Counted from the first letter of the stretch, positions 31,176 to 41,144 are shown. The stretch: DNA of 64,000 nt from Methanothrix sp. (GCA_037128175.1 JBAXWY010000003.1:1-64000); one strand, 5' to 3'. Numbers and translations: made by a program. The notes: generated by a model not told the origin, from the sequence alone.

Positions 31176-31232
31176 CTACTTTTGCCTGAACCGGCTTCTT
31201 AATCTAAATCTAATAGGATGTTAACGAATAAA

Positions 31233-31254
31233 AAGCTTTTGGTACCAAAAGCTT
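31233..31254. promoter_or_regulatory. perfect 22-bp palindrome, putative operator
   Basis: AAGCTTTTGGTACCAAAAGCTT is its own reverse complement; about 58 bp upstream of the 31175 start. Confidence 0.55.
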
Positions 31255-31377
31255 AAAGTATCATATGTTATGTGCATATAATAAATTAATTAAACACATG
31301 AAATCAAATACAAGCATTTGATATCCTGTAACTCCCTATAATTATTTGATGCAAGAATAAACCTAATTTATCCGGTG

Positions 31378-31737
31378 CTAATGCTTATGGTCTTTGCAAG
31401 CATTGTCCAGGTCGGCTCGGGTCAGCGTCTTCGCCTGCCAGTCATCCACGGCATCCTTTACTGTGCCGACTGCTCCCACGAATACTTCAACGCCCGCCTG
31501 GTTGAAGAGTGTGACCGCTTTAGGTCCCAGACCGCCCACAATCATCACCTGTACCCCTTCTGCGAAGATGGTCTCTGTGGGCAGGCCCTTTCCGCCCATG
31601 TGCTCGCTAACGTTCTGCAGGACCTTGATCTCTCCGCTATCCAGATCTACCATGGTGAAGGTAGGAGCCCGTCCGAAGTGCTGGCAGATGGCCTCCGCCA
31701 TGCCGCCCTCGCCCATGGTGGGAATGCAGATCTTCAT
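31378..31737 (-). CDS. NifB/NifX-family FeMo-cofactor-binding domain protein
   Basis: MKICIP, HFGRAP.F, GG.GPKA and a C-terminal C.DH. Confidence 0.88.
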   Translation of the reverse strand: MKICIPTMGEGGMAEAICQHFGRAPTFTMVDLDSGEIKVLQNVSEHMGGKGLPTETIFAEGVQVMIVGGLGPKAVTLFNQAGVEVFVGAVGTVKDAVDDWQAKTLTRADLDNACKDHKH

Positions 31738-32237
31738 TGTCCTTGACCTCCTCTGACTGCGCCAACACCGGATCCACTCTCGGCCCCCAGGCCGCCGCTT
31801 CCTGCACCAGAGCCTCTGCCGCCACCCAATCCACCACCTCTTCCTTTGCCCTTACCCATGGGGCCCTTACCCACGCCGGCATGGCCTGGTACGGAGGGTC
31901 CGGCGATTTTCGTGAGTTCTCCCCGCTGGAATTTTTCCACGACATATTTTACGCTTCCCCCTTCCAGGTGCTGATAAACATCGATCTTGGCGGCAGAGAG
32001 GGTCTGCATGGCATTGGGGCCGATATTTCCTGTAATCAGGGCAGAAACGCCTTGCTTGGCTATTTCCTGGGCCGCCTGTATCCCTGCACCGCTGGATGCA
32101 GTTACGTTGGAGTTGGGAATGGAATTCTCGCTCATGCTGTCCAGGTCAACCACTACGAAAAATGGGCATCGTCCAAATCTGGGATCCATGGGGGCATCGA
32201 GGCCCGATGCACCTGCAGTAACACATATCTTCATCAA
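31734..32237 (-). CDS. NifB/NifX-family domain protein with Gly-rich tail
   Basis: RFGRCPFF, GAGIQAAQ, TGNIGPNA and a G-rich C-terminus. Confidence 0.88.
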   Translation of the reverse strand: MMKICVTAGASGLDAPMDPRFGRCPFFVVVDLDSMSENSIPNSNVTASSGAGIQAAQEIAKQGVSALITGNIGPNAMQTLSAAKIDVYQHLEGGSVKYVVEKFQRGELTKIAGPSVPGHAGVGKGPMGKGKGRGGGLGGGRGSGAGSGGLGAESGSGVGAVRGGQGQ

Positions 32238-32510
32238 AAAACCTCACTAAATTTTACGAATTTGCAATTACGCGTATATGCGATGTTATATTTAAAACAT
32301 TCTGTCAGTTGAAAACCGCACTGAACAAAAAAACACGTGCACGGACAACCACACCCCGGTATATCCTGACAGGACTTCAAACGGATTCAATAATTTTTTG
32401 CAGCATTCCCGCCCTTTGCTTCCAGCAGACTATCGGTGCTGCTTTTTCGCCGTATCCCCAACTCAGGGCGCAACGGCTATTGAGGCTAAGGGCGGATAAA
32501 AAATATAATT

Positions 32511-33164
32511 TTAGCCGCGGATTATACCATCGTACTCTTCCTGGGAGAGGTACTCTGGACTATATTCAAACCCCTGCCTTTGCAGGTTATTGACGAAGGC
32601 ACGCAGATGGTTTTCTGAGCCACGCTTGAGATTCGCATAAACCAGCAATATGTCCTCTCGGTCTGTTTGAGCCATGCGCTCCTCCAGGTCGAGGATATCT
32701 ATCTCCTCTATGGCTGCCCCCACCTGCAGGGCATCCTTTACAGAAGAACTTCCCCGGATCACCAGATCATCATAAAGCCCCTGTAGGGTTTCATTGGAAA
32801 ACTCTCCCGCTCCTTTTGTGGGATCTGGCAGAGAGTACCTTTCCAGTAGCGTCTTGACGGCTGCCTCGTGAGTCCTCTCCGCCTTGCCAATGTTGTCAAA
32901 GACACGCAGGTTCCACTTTTCATTGAGGGCCAAATAGACGTCACCTGCTAGTTTTTCTTCTTCAGCCATATAGAGCAGGCCCTCTTTCTCTGAGGCGGTC
33001 AATTCCCCGGAAGGCTGTCCCGCCAGGGCCAAACCCAGAGCGCTTTCGTTCAGCTCACTGGTATAGTTATCCTTCACAGTGAGCAGATCCTGGTCTGTTG
33101 CATAAGCCGTGCTTAAGACCGCAAGCATCAGACAGAGACTGCACAAGAGTATTGTCTTCATCAT
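32511..33164 (-). CDS. DUF2202 ferritin-like domain protein, exported
   Basis: LLYM.EEEKLA.DVY, E..H, IEE.DI.DL and GS.NHLRAF; signal peptide. Confidence 0.88.
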   Translation of the reverse strand: MMKTILLCSLCLMLAVLSTAYATDQDLLTVKDNYTSELNESALGLALAGQPSGELTASEKEGLLYMAEEEKLAGDVYLALNEKWNLRVFDNIGKAERTHEAAVKTLLERYSLPDPTKGAGEFSNETLQGLYDDLVIRGSSSVKDALQVGAAIEEIDILDLEERMAQTDREDILLVYANLKRGSENHLRAFVNNLQRQGFEYSPEYLSQEEYDGIIRG

Positions 33165-33283
33165 CCATCACCAGATAAATAGTAATATTGAGAGAAATTA
33201 TTTAAACTTTGGCATGATGGACGCGGTATTTGCGCGTTCTATTATCCGTCAGTTTTAAGCTTTCAGCGCTCTTTACTTTTATC

Positions 33284-34138
33284 ATGCTGAAAGACCTCCG
33301 ACTGATAATTGTGGTTGAGAATTCCGCCTCGCCTGACAACTCATCTCTCTGGGCCCAGCATGGGCTGTCCATCTTTTTGGAGCTGAACTTTGGCTCAGAA
33401 AGCATGAAGCTGCTCTGGGACACAGGAGCCTCCTCCGAGGTCATGTTGCATAATACAGATGCACTGCATCTCGACCTCTGCCATCTCGATCTTATCTGCC
33501 TCAGCCACGGCCATTATGATCACACGGGTGGACTGATGGGGGTCCTGCAGCGCCGAAACGGCAGAGTTTGCATCCTGGCCCATCCCGATATCTTCTTACC
33601 CAAGCTGAAAGAGCGGCCCACACTCCAGTACATAGGAGCGCCCTTCACCCGAAACGAGGCCGAGGCAGCGGGGGCGATAATGCTCGATTGCCGCAGTCCG
33701 CTCGACGTAGCACCGGGGGTCATGACCACCGGTGAGGTGGCGCGCCTGGAGAGCTTTGAGAAGGTGGAGGGCTTTTGTACGGTCAAGGATGGCCAATACT
33801 GCGAAGACAGCATCCCGGACGACCAGGCCCTGGCGATAAACTTGCCGGGCAAAGGGCTTGTCGTCATCACCGGCTGCGCTCACTCCGGAATCATCAATAC
33901 TATCAGGCATGCCCAGAAGATCACGGGTGTCGAGGAGCTTCATGCTGTGGTAGGGGGCTTTCATCTCATGGGAGCGGATGAAAAGCGCATCGATGCGACT
34001 GCAAAGGCGCTGCAGAATCTCGATCCCGCCCTCGTCCGTCCGGGACACTGCACTGGACAAAAGGCCGTCTGTCGGCTGCAGGAGGCTTTGGGCGAGAGAT
34101 GCCGGCCTTTGGCTACCGGAGACTCAATACAGCTCTGA
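33284..34138 (+). CDS. MBL-fold metallo-hydrolase (COG1237)
   Basis: HGLS, DTG, LSHGHYDHTGGL, TGCAHSGI.N, GGFHL and PGHCTG. Confidence 0.88.
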   Translation: MLKDLRLIIVVENSASPDNSSLWAQHGLSIFLELNFGSESMKLLWDTGASSEVMLHNTDALHLDLCHLDLICLSHGHYDHTGGLMGVLQRRNGRVCILAHPDIFLPKLKERPTLQYIGAPFTRNEAEAAGAIMLDCRSPLDVAPGVMTTGEVARLESFEKVEGFCTVKDGQYCEDSIPDDQALAINLPGKGLVVITGCAHSGIINTIRHAQKITGVEELHAVVGGFHLMGADEKRIDATAKALQNLDPALVRPGHCTGQKAVCRLQEALGERCRPLATGDSIQL

Positions 34139-34343
34139 GAATACAGGACGGTAGAAAAGAATGATAGCTTTCGGACCCGTGCCCTCCCGACGGCTGGGTG
34201 GTTGCGGAAAATCTGATTGATCAGGGACAGCTCGTCAAGACCGAATATCAGGGCAACAGTTTCTACCTGAGGCGGCCAAATATATCCATAGAATAGATAA
34301 TCTGATATATTCAGCATACCAATATAAACGCAGGTGTTGCAGT

Positions 34344-35501
34344 ATGAAGCCAATTCTTGTCGCCTTATTGTTAGGTTTGCTGCTCTTGTCCTCCGGCTGC
34401 ATTCAGCCTAAAGAAGTCCCGGTCGTGGAAGAGAAGGCAGCCACTGAAGGGTGGAAAGCTGATGGAATTGTGGGGGATAGCGAATACTCTCGCAGCATGC
34501 TCCTGCAAGGCCCGGCCAGGCAGGGATATACCGGAGGCGAGATGGAGATCTCCTGGAAGAACGATCAGGAATATCTCTACCTGGGCCTGAACGCCAGCAC
34601 TGAAGGTTGGCTAGCCATAGGCTTTGAGCCCCAGGAGTGGATGAAGAACGCCGACATAATCCTCTCTTCGGTACAGGGAAGCAAAGCGACAGTGCTGGAC
34701 GAGTATTGCACGGGCAACTACGGTCCGCATATCGAGGATACCATGCTGGGAGGGACTAGTGATATTGCGGAATTTGGCGGCAGCAAAGGATCCGGTCGCA
34801 CGGTCATCGAGCTGAAGAGAAAGCTGGACACGGGAGATAAGTTCGACAAGGCTTTCTCGCCCGGCCAGGCGATCTCCATAATCTGGGCGCTGTCCCAGGA
34901 ACCCGATATCAGCCTCAAGCACAATGTGGCCTACGGTGAGGGCATCATGACCCTGACCGGTGGGCAGACGATGACTTCTCCGGCTCCAGCTACGGTTGCA
35001 ACCCTAACCATGCGCGAGAAGGAAGGATTGCTCTTCATCTGGGAGGAAGAAAAGGCTGCCCGCGACCTGTACACCTCACTTTATGATAAGAACAACCTCT
35101 CCATCTTCATGAATCTGCGAAGATCGGAGCAAAGTCACATGGACCTGGCCAAAGCCATCATAGACAAATACGGGCTTGCGATTCCAGGAAAGGATGAGCA
35201 GGGAGTATTTCAGAACCAGACTTTGCAGAAGATTCACGACGAGCTTCTGACAGAAGGATTGCGATCTGATCAGGATGCACTGATGGTGGCTGCCGCCTTC
35301 GAGGAGATTAGCATCATGGACCTAGAGAAAGAGTTGGCATCGACGGCGACGGAAGATATAAGGGTTGTATACCATGGGCTGCTGGCCGGCTCCAGAAAAC
35401 ATCTGCGCTCATACGTCGCCGACCTGCAGGGTAGTGGAATACAATACGCACCAGAGTACCTGAGCCAAAGAGAGTTTGAAGAGATTATTAAAGCCAGCTA
35501 A
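34344..35501 (+). CDS. lipoprotein with DOMON-like domain fused to DUF2202 ferritin-like domain
   Basis: Lipobox-like SSGC; GWLAIGF...M..ADI and R.LDTGD (DOMON); EEEKAARD and GSRKHLRSY (DUF2202). Confidence 0.82.
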   Translation: MKPILVALLLGLLLLSSGCIQPKEVPVVEEKAATEGWKADGIVGDSEYSRSMLLQGPARQGYTGGEMEISWKNDQEYLYLGLNASTEGWLAIGFEPQEWMKNADIILSSVQGSKATVLDEYCTGNYGPHIEDTMLGGTSDIAEFGGSKGSGRTVIELKRKLDTGDKFDKAFSPGQAISIIWALSQEPDISLKHNVAYGEGIMTLTGGQTMTSPAPATVATLTMREKEGLLFIWEEEKAARDLYTSLYDKNNLSIFMNLRRSEQSHMDLAKAIIDKYGLAIPGKDEQGVFQNQTLQKIHDELLTEGLRSDQDALMVAAAFEEISIMDLEKELASTATEDIRVVYHGLLAGSRKHLRSYVADLQGSGIQYAPEYLSQREFEEIIKAS

Positions 35502-35521
35502 GCCTGCAATCCAAAATCATG

Positions 35522-35540
35522 GGGAGCCACCTGGGCTCCC
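35522..35540. terminator. hairpin between convergent genes
   Basis: GGGAGCC-ACCTG-GGCTCCC inverted repeat. Confidence 0.4.
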
Positions 35541-35566
35541 TATTTCAAAAAACCTTTTACGCACAC

Positions 35567-36154
35567 CTATGCCGATCGGCTGCCCTGGATGGTCCCAGAC
35601 CATGCCTGCCCCTGAGCGTCGAAGACATTGAAGCTGCCGGAGAGGAAGTCCTTGCTCATCGTCAGAGTGCACCGGTAGAGCATCAACTCCTCTGCATTCA
35701 TCAGATCTAAATAGAGCACATCTTTCACGGCCTGACCGCTGGCGGAGAGGGCATTGCTGGAGCCGCCCAAAGATAATGTGCCGCGTCCAAAGACGGCATC
35801 CCGGTTCTGGACAAGCAGCAGATCGACCTTACCAGGCATGCCGCCCAGTAAATTCAGATTCCAATTGCCCCGCAGGTCTTGTGCAGTCGGTAAAAAGGGG
35901 CCCAGATACTCTCTGCCGCGGATTTTATCCAGAAACTCCGCCGTGTGCTCCGGGTCGAGCGGGCCCATCAAGGGATCCAAGCCCAGAGGATCGGCTTTTG
36001 AATCGAAATCGTTTAGTGTATCCAAGCTGCCCGTTCTTTTCATATCCTCCGGCAAAGTGAAGATGTCACTTCCCAATGGATCGTATTGAGCCTGGGACTG
36101 CGCCGTCAGGAACATGACCAAGGCCGCCCAGGCCACCAGCATCTTTGCAAACAT
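35567..36154 (-). CDS. hypothetical exported protein
   Basis: Signal peptide from MFAKMLVAW; beta-rich C-terminal domain; start inferred. Confidence 0.65.
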   Translation of the reverse strand: MFAKMLVAWAALVMFLTAQSQAQYDPLGSDIFTLPEDMKRTGSLDTLNDFDSKADPLGLDPLMGPLDPEHTAEFLDKIRGREYLGPFLPTAQDLRGNWNLNLLGGMPGKVDLLLVQNRDAVFGRGTLSLGGSSNALSASGQAVKDVLYLDLMNAEELMLYRCTLTMSKDFLSGSFNVFDAQGQAWSGTIQGSRSA

Positions 36155-36252
36155 TAAGTCAAACCCCCAATATCTTATTTCCCCAATGGGCATAAAAGCC
36201 GGCCCTTCATATGAGCGCCACAGAGAACCTACATGATCGCAGAGAGGCTGTT

Positions 36253-37107
36253 TCAAATCTCTTTTTCCAGAACTCCCCACATCTCAGATATGGCATCCGC
36301 TACCGGCCCGCCATTCTCCGCAACTGCCCGACCCAGTACCATGGCCTCTACCACAGAAGGGTGGAAGGGCAGCCTTCCCGCGACCATAACTGATCGCTCA
36401 AGACAGAGGGCTTCGATGTGCTGGGCCGCCACTGGGTTGAGGTCGTATTTGTTTATGCAGACGGCAGTATTGATGCCGAAGTGACGGGCCACGTCCAGGA
36501 TCCTCTCCAGATCGTGCTCGCCGGTGATGGTGGGTTCGGTCACCACCAGGGCCAGGTCTACTCCAGTAAGCGAGGCTATCACCGGGCAGCCGATGCCGGG
36601 TGAGCCGTCTATCAGGATCAAATCCAGCTTATGCATAGCAGCCAAGTCGCGAGCCATTTCCCTTACCATGGCCACCAATTTTCCGGATGCTTCCTCGCCC
36701 GGTAACAGCTCGGCATGCACCAGAGGGCCAAACCTGGTATCGGATAGATAGGCATAGCCAGCGAGACACTCTCTCATCTCCACAGCTTCAGCCGGGCAGA
36801 CCAATTTGCAAACGCCGCAGCCCTCACAGAGGGCAGGATCGACCTGAAAGTCGGCAATGGCCGCAAAGCGGCAGGCATCCTGGCATGAATCGCACCGGGT
36901 GCATTTTGAGCTGTCGATGAACGCTCTCTTAATGCCGAAGAACTGGCGACGCTCTCTGATCTGGGGCAGGAGGATGAGGTGCAGGTCGGGTGCGTCCACA
37001 TCGCAGTCGGCATAGACGGCCTGGCCGCTCGTCAAAGCCGCCAAAGAGGCAACAATAGAGGTCTTGCCCGTACCTCCTTTGCCGCTTACAACTGCCATCT
37101 GCTTCAT
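36253..37107 (-). CDS. MinD-superfamily P-loop ATPase with inserted ferredoxin domain (COG1149)
   Basis: SGKGGTGKT, DCDVDAPD, two CxxCxxC motifs, SGKLV and PGIGCPVI. Confidence 0.9.
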   Translation of the reverse strand: MKQMAVVSGKGGTGKTSIVASLAALTSGQAVYADCDVDAPDLHLILLPQIRERRQFFGIKRAFIDSSKCTRCDSCQDACRFAAIADFQVDPALCEGCGVCKLVCPAEAVEMRECLAGYAYLSDTRFGPLVHAELLPGEEASGKLVAMVREMARDLAAMHKLDLILIDGSPGIGCPVIASLTGVDLALVVTEPTITGEHDLERILDVARHFGINTAVCINKYDLNPVAAQHIEALCLERSVMVAGRLPFHPSVVEAMVLGRAVAENGGPVADAISEMWGVLEKEI

Positions 37108-37949
37108 GAGATCATCTCCTCAATTTCCCGGACCATGCAGACAAATTTTGTCTTCGACTGCGGCATCTTCTCAGCAAATATCTCTCCGCGGGAGTAGAGC
37201 TCTGCTATCTTTCGATCCAGGGGAATTTCCATAAGCAGGGGTATGTTTCTTTTCTTCAGGTACTCGTAGACCTTTCTGTCTCCCATGCCGCTCTTGTTGA
37301 CCAGGACGGCGCGCGGGATATTCATCTTCTCCAGCAGCCGAAGAGCGATGTTCAGATCATAAAGGCCGAAGGGCGTGGATTCTGTGACCAGAAGGCAAAA
37401 GTCGGTGCCGCGCACAGACTCCACCAGGGAGCAGGAGGTGCCGGGCGGACAGTCCACGATAACCGTCTCGCCCTCAGCCCCATCCTTCACGGCCTTGATG
37501 AGGGGAGTGGTGCGCGCCTCGCCTAAGGCTAGCTCGCCCCAGATGATCTCCACGTCACCGGATTGAGCCCGAAATATCTCTCCTACAGAGCGGGAGGTTT
37601 CACTGACAGCCTTCTCGGGGCAGATGATAGTGCATGCGCCGCAGCCGTGGCACAGTTCCGGGAATAGGAGAACCGTCTCAGGGAGCACGGCCATAGCGTG
37701 ATAGGCGCATACTTCGGAGCATTTGCCGCAGTGCGTGCACTTCGCCTCATTGATGACCGGCACGGGAACGAGACATCCTTTCCTCTCCAAAAGCGTCCTT
37801 TCCGGAAAGAACAGGTAGGCATTGGGCTCCTCGACATCGCAGTCGGCGATTGTGACCGATGTCCTGGGCGTGGCCAGAGAAGCGGCCATGCTCGTAGCCA
37901 CCAGGGTCTTGCCCGTGCCGCCCTTACCGCTAGCTATGGAAATCTTCAA
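37104..37949 (-). CDS. MinD-superfamily P-loop ATPase with inserted ferredoxin domain (COG1149)
   Basis: ASGKGGTGKT, DCDVEEPN, CTHCGKC/CHGCGAC and DCPPGTSC. Confidence 0.9.
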   Translation of the reverse strand: MKISIASGKGGTGKTLVATSMAASLATPRTSVTIADCDVEEPNAYLFFPERTLLERKGCLVPVPVINEAKCTHCGKCSEVCAYHAMAVLPETVLLFPELCHGCGACTIICPEKAVSETSRSVGEIFRAQSGDVEIIWGELALGEARTTPLIKAVKDGAEGETVIVDCPPGTSCSLVESVRGTDFCLLVTESTPFGLYDLNIALRLLEKMNIPRAVLVNKSGMGDRKVYEYLKKRNIPLLMEIPLDRKIAELYSRGEIFAEKMPQSKTKFVCMVREIEEMIS

Positions 37950-38054
37950 TTGATTAGTAACTTATGAGATTATATACTTAAATATTTCTATAAATGCCTA
38001 TGCTTTTCGTCAGGGGAGCAGTCACAAATACGACCTTTGCGCTATGTGATCATC

Positions 38055-38504
38055 ATGTGTTCTTGTCGAGGAAGAAGAAGGGGAAGACGCTGGATCTCAG
38101 AGGTTCCAACCGTACGATGCTTTATGCCGGAGGGCTGTCCCAAGATTGAGGCTATATCCGTAACTCTAGAGGAGCTGGAGACGGTGCGGCTGGTGGACCT
38201 GCTGGAGCTGGACCAGGAGGCTGCGGCATTTTATATGGGCATCTCCAGGAAAGCCCTCTGGAACGATCTGATGAATGCCAGAAAAAAAATCGCTGCCGCC
38301 CTGGTCTACGGGATGGGGCTTAGGATCGAAGGAGGCAGCTTTGCCCTACGGGGAGGAGACGGCTCGGAAGTGATGGAGGAACAGTCCAGCCAGCATGAAA
38401 TCCAGCTCATGGAAAGGGAGCTGGCACTTCTCCGATCGCGACTGGAGCACCTTAGCTCTAAGCTTGCTGATTTAAAGGGATCGGACAATATTAGCAAAGA
38501 TTAA
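38055..38504 (+). CDS. DUF134 (UPF0251) DNA-binding protein
   Basis: R.RR, EELE.VRL.D...L.Q..AA..MGISR and ARKK.A.ALV.G..LRIEGG. Confidence 0.9.
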   Translation: MCSCRGRRRGRRWISEVPTVRCFMPEGCPKIEAISVTLEELETVRLVDLLELDQEAAAFYMGISRKALWNDLMNARKKIAAALVYGMGLRIEGGSFALRGGDGSEVMEEQSSQHEIQLMERELALLRSRLEHLSSKLADLKGSDNISKD

Positions 38505-38557
38505 ATATATGATCTCATAAGCTCCTATTTTTGCTGAGAAGAAAATTTGGTGTTTAC

Positions 38558-39466
38558 ATGATTGCGCCCCCATCAAATGAAGCCGGCAAAGAGAGCTGCG
38601 AGGGCCTTTGCAGCTCCTGCGCCGACAAAGGAAGCTGTGATGACCCTAGAGCCCGGCAAAAAGAGACTGTGGACCGCATAACCAGGATCAAGCACAAGAT
38701 CGTGATAGGAAGCGAAAAGGGCGGCGTGGGCAAGAGCACCGTTACCGTAAATTTAGCCGCCGCACTGCAAAGCAGGGGCTTTAAAGTGGGCATCCTGGAC
38801 GCGGACATCACCGGCCCCAATATCCCCAAGCTGCTGGGAATTGAGGACCAGAAAATGATTGCAGGCCCGGAGGGGCTCGAGCCGGCAGATGCCGCCGGCA
38901 TCAAGGTCGTCTCCATGGCTCTGCTCCTCAAGAGCCGGGACTCGCCCGTGGTCTGGCGCGGCCCCATGAAGATGGCAGCCTTAAAGCAGTTCGTATCCGA
39001 TGTCAACTGGGGCGATCTCGACTTCCTGCTGGTGGACCTGCCCCCCGGAACCAGCGACGAGCCCATCAGTATCGCTCAACTAATCTCCGGCCTGGATGGA
39101 GCCGTCATTGTCACCACTCCTCAAGAGGTGGCTCTGCTGGATTCCCGCAAGGCGGTGAACATGTTCCTCATGATGAATGTGCCCATGCTGGGCATAATCG
39201 AGAACATGAGCGGACTTATCTGCCCCCACTGCGGCGAAAAGATAGAGGTTTTCAAAACGGGCGGCGAGGAGAAGGCAGCCAAAGAATTGGATGTGCCTTT
39301 CCTGGGAGCCATACCTTTGGACACGGAGATCGGTAGACTGGGCGATATGGGACAAACATTCGACAAGAACGGGACATTGGCGGCAAAGGCATTCGACAAG
39401 ATTGTGGGTGCCATCCTGGTTAGGCTATCTGGCAGCGACGCTCCATCGCTGGACCAAAATATTTAA
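38558..39466 (+). CDS. Mrp/NBP35 (ApbC) Fe-S cluster carrier ATPase
   Basis: N-terminal Cys cluster, KGGVGKST, DADITGP, WRGP, DLPPGTSD and ENMS..CPHC. Confidence 0.92.
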   Translation: MIAPPSNEAGKESCEGLCSSCADKGSCDDPRARQKETVDRITRIKHKIVIGSEKGGVGKSTVTVNLAAALQSRGFKVGILDADITGPNIPKLLGIEDQKMIAGPEGLEPADAAGIKVVSMALLLKSRDSPVVWRGPMKMAALKQFVSDVNWGDLDFLLVDLPPGTSDEPISIAQLISGLDGAVIVTTPQEVALLDSRKAVNMFLMMNVPMLGIIENMSGLICPHCGEKIEVFKTGGEEKAAKELDVPFLGAIPLDTEIGRLGDMGQTFDKNGTLAAKAFDKIVGAILVRLSGSDAPSLDQNI

Positions 39467-39610
39467 CTATTTATTTACATATATGAGAGTTAATAGCTGA
39501 CGTTGTGGGCTAGACAGTACAAATACTGTGCAGAAGCGGACACAAATGGTAACTAGAACGAGATTCGCCTCTCTCAAGAAAATCTGTCGGCTCACTCTGG
39601 ATTGATTTTT

Positions 39611-40084
39611 ATGAAAAAGATTCAGGATGTTAAAGGACTTGGCGGTATGCTGAATGGCTTTAGAGATCTGGTGAAAGATGAGAAGAAGATAACCTTCGTT
39701 GGTTCTCCTGGTTTTTGTACGCCCTTCGCGCTCTTCTTGGGCTATCCGGTTCGCGACAAGGAGTTGGCTTTTGTAGCAGGCTTGGAAAAGGAAAAGGCGC
39801 GCAAGATAATCACATCCGAGTATGGATTAGAACTTGGCGAGAAGAGTGGCACCGATGCGGACGTGGTCGTAATTTTAGGAGGTATGGCCATCCCTAAGAT
39901 AGGTGTGAAATCAGATGAAATGAAGGATTTTTTGACCAAGATGAAATACAAAAAACTCATTGGAGTCTGCTTCATGTCCATCTTCGAGAAGTCTGGATGG
40001 TGTCAGGCCTTGGAATTCGATTATGTCATGAACCTGATCATAGATGGAAATGTGTCCAAATGGACTATGGAGAACTCCGATTAA
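39611..40084 (+). CDS. DUF2124 family methanogen protein
   Basis: GML..F, G.PG.CTPFA, GG.A.P and GVCFMS.F...GW motifs. Confidence 0.8.
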   Translation: MKKIQDVKGLGGMLNGFRDLVKDEKKITFVGSPGFCTPFALFLGYPVRDKELAFVAGLEKEKARKIITSEYGLELGEKSGTDADVVVILGGMAIPKIGVKSDEMKDFLTKMKYKKLIGVCFMSIFEKSGWCQALEFDYVMNLIIDGNVSKWTMENSD

Positions 40085-40132
40085 CCTCAAATTAGTACGT
40101 ACTCGTGTAGGTAATATATCTGGCAAAATAAA

Positions 40133-40402
40133 ATGTCAAACCTGTTCTGTGATCCCTGGGGAGAAAGATCAAAATTGGTGTTCAGGGAGATTCACGGCCT
40201 TACAGGAACTGAAGGACTGACTGATCTGCAGAAAGAGATCTATGAATATATCGAATTGAAAGGCAAAGTCACCCGCATTGAGCTGGCTGACAAGTTTTTA
40301 TTATCATCAGTTGATTTAGATAACCAGTTTGCCATCATGAGGCACTGCCAGCTCTTGAAAGGCAAGAAGGAAGGTGACGAAGTTTACCTGGTCCCCTGGT
40401 AA
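40133..40402 (+). CDS. small winged-helix hypothetical protein
   Basis: IYEYI..KG.VT..EL and FA..RHC.L.KG.K.G..VYLVP pattern. Confidence 0.7.
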   Translation: MSNLFCDPWGERSKLVFREIHGLTGTEGLTDLQKEIYEYIELKGKVTRIELADKFLLSSVDLDNQFAIMRHCQLLKGKKEGDEVYLVPW

Positions 40403-40428
40403 TAGCACCATTTCTAAATATGCATCAT

Positions 40429-41001
40429 TCACCTTTTCCTGAGAACTATGGTGTAATGGTATGGTCCCGCTTCCAGAATGCTTTCTCTTGAGAAACCATA
40501 TCTTGCAGCTAATGTTTCAACATCATCAGGGCTGAGTCGCATAGAAAGTGGTGGACCCATTGGGGACTCTTGTTTCTTGAATTCCACAACAGCTAATCTT
40601 CCATTCTGTGCAGTAACTCTGCCTATCTCTTTGAGAGTGCTATCCGCCTCTCCATTTGCTACCAGTCCGTGCAGAACATTGGACATAAATGCCAAGTTGA
40701 TATTTCCCTCCGGTAGAGGTAACTCTTTTGTGATGTCTACAACAGATGCCTTGATATTGGACAACTTCTTCTTAGCTACCTCTTTCTGCAATTGGGAGAT
40801 AGATTCATGGTCCACGTCGAATGCATAGACTATGCCGTCTTTACCGACAACCTGCGATGTTGCGATAGAGAAATGACCATTGCCTGATCCTAGATCCAGG
40901 AACCGGTCGCCCTCATTGATGCCGATGTCTTTCAGGATCTTCTCCGAATTCAGGAAACCTTTGCTTGACTTACCATGGTGTTCGTGCCTATTCTCTGCCA
41001 T
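40429..41001 (-). CDS. class I SAM-dependent methyltransferase
   Basis: FLDLGSGNG, VYAFD, SNVLH and GPP...R motifs. Confidence 0.88.
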   Translation of the reverse strand: MAENRHEHHGKSSKGFLNSEKILKDIGINEGDRFLDLGSGNGHFSIATSQVVGKDGIVYAFDVDHESISQLQKEVAKKKLSNIKASVVDITKELPLPEGNINLAFMSNVLHGLVANGEADSTLKEIGRVTAQNGRLAVVEFKKQESPMGPPLSMRLSPDDVETLAARYGFSRESILEAGPYHYTIVLRKR

Positions 41002-41128
41002 TCACATTACCATGTCGGCGATTCTCTAATAAGTTGTCGCTGAACATAGTGAGGTGCTACCCCATCTGGGCAGGTTACATCAGGACAAAATCTGCGGTAA
41101 TCGCGTATGCAAGTTGCTGAAATCAACT

Positions 41129-41144
41129 AAAAAAGAAAAAAAGA
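41129..41144 (-). terminator. oligo-T terminator of the mcr operon
   Basis: T-rich run (A-rich on +) about 20 nt after the mcrA stop. Confidence 0.55.
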
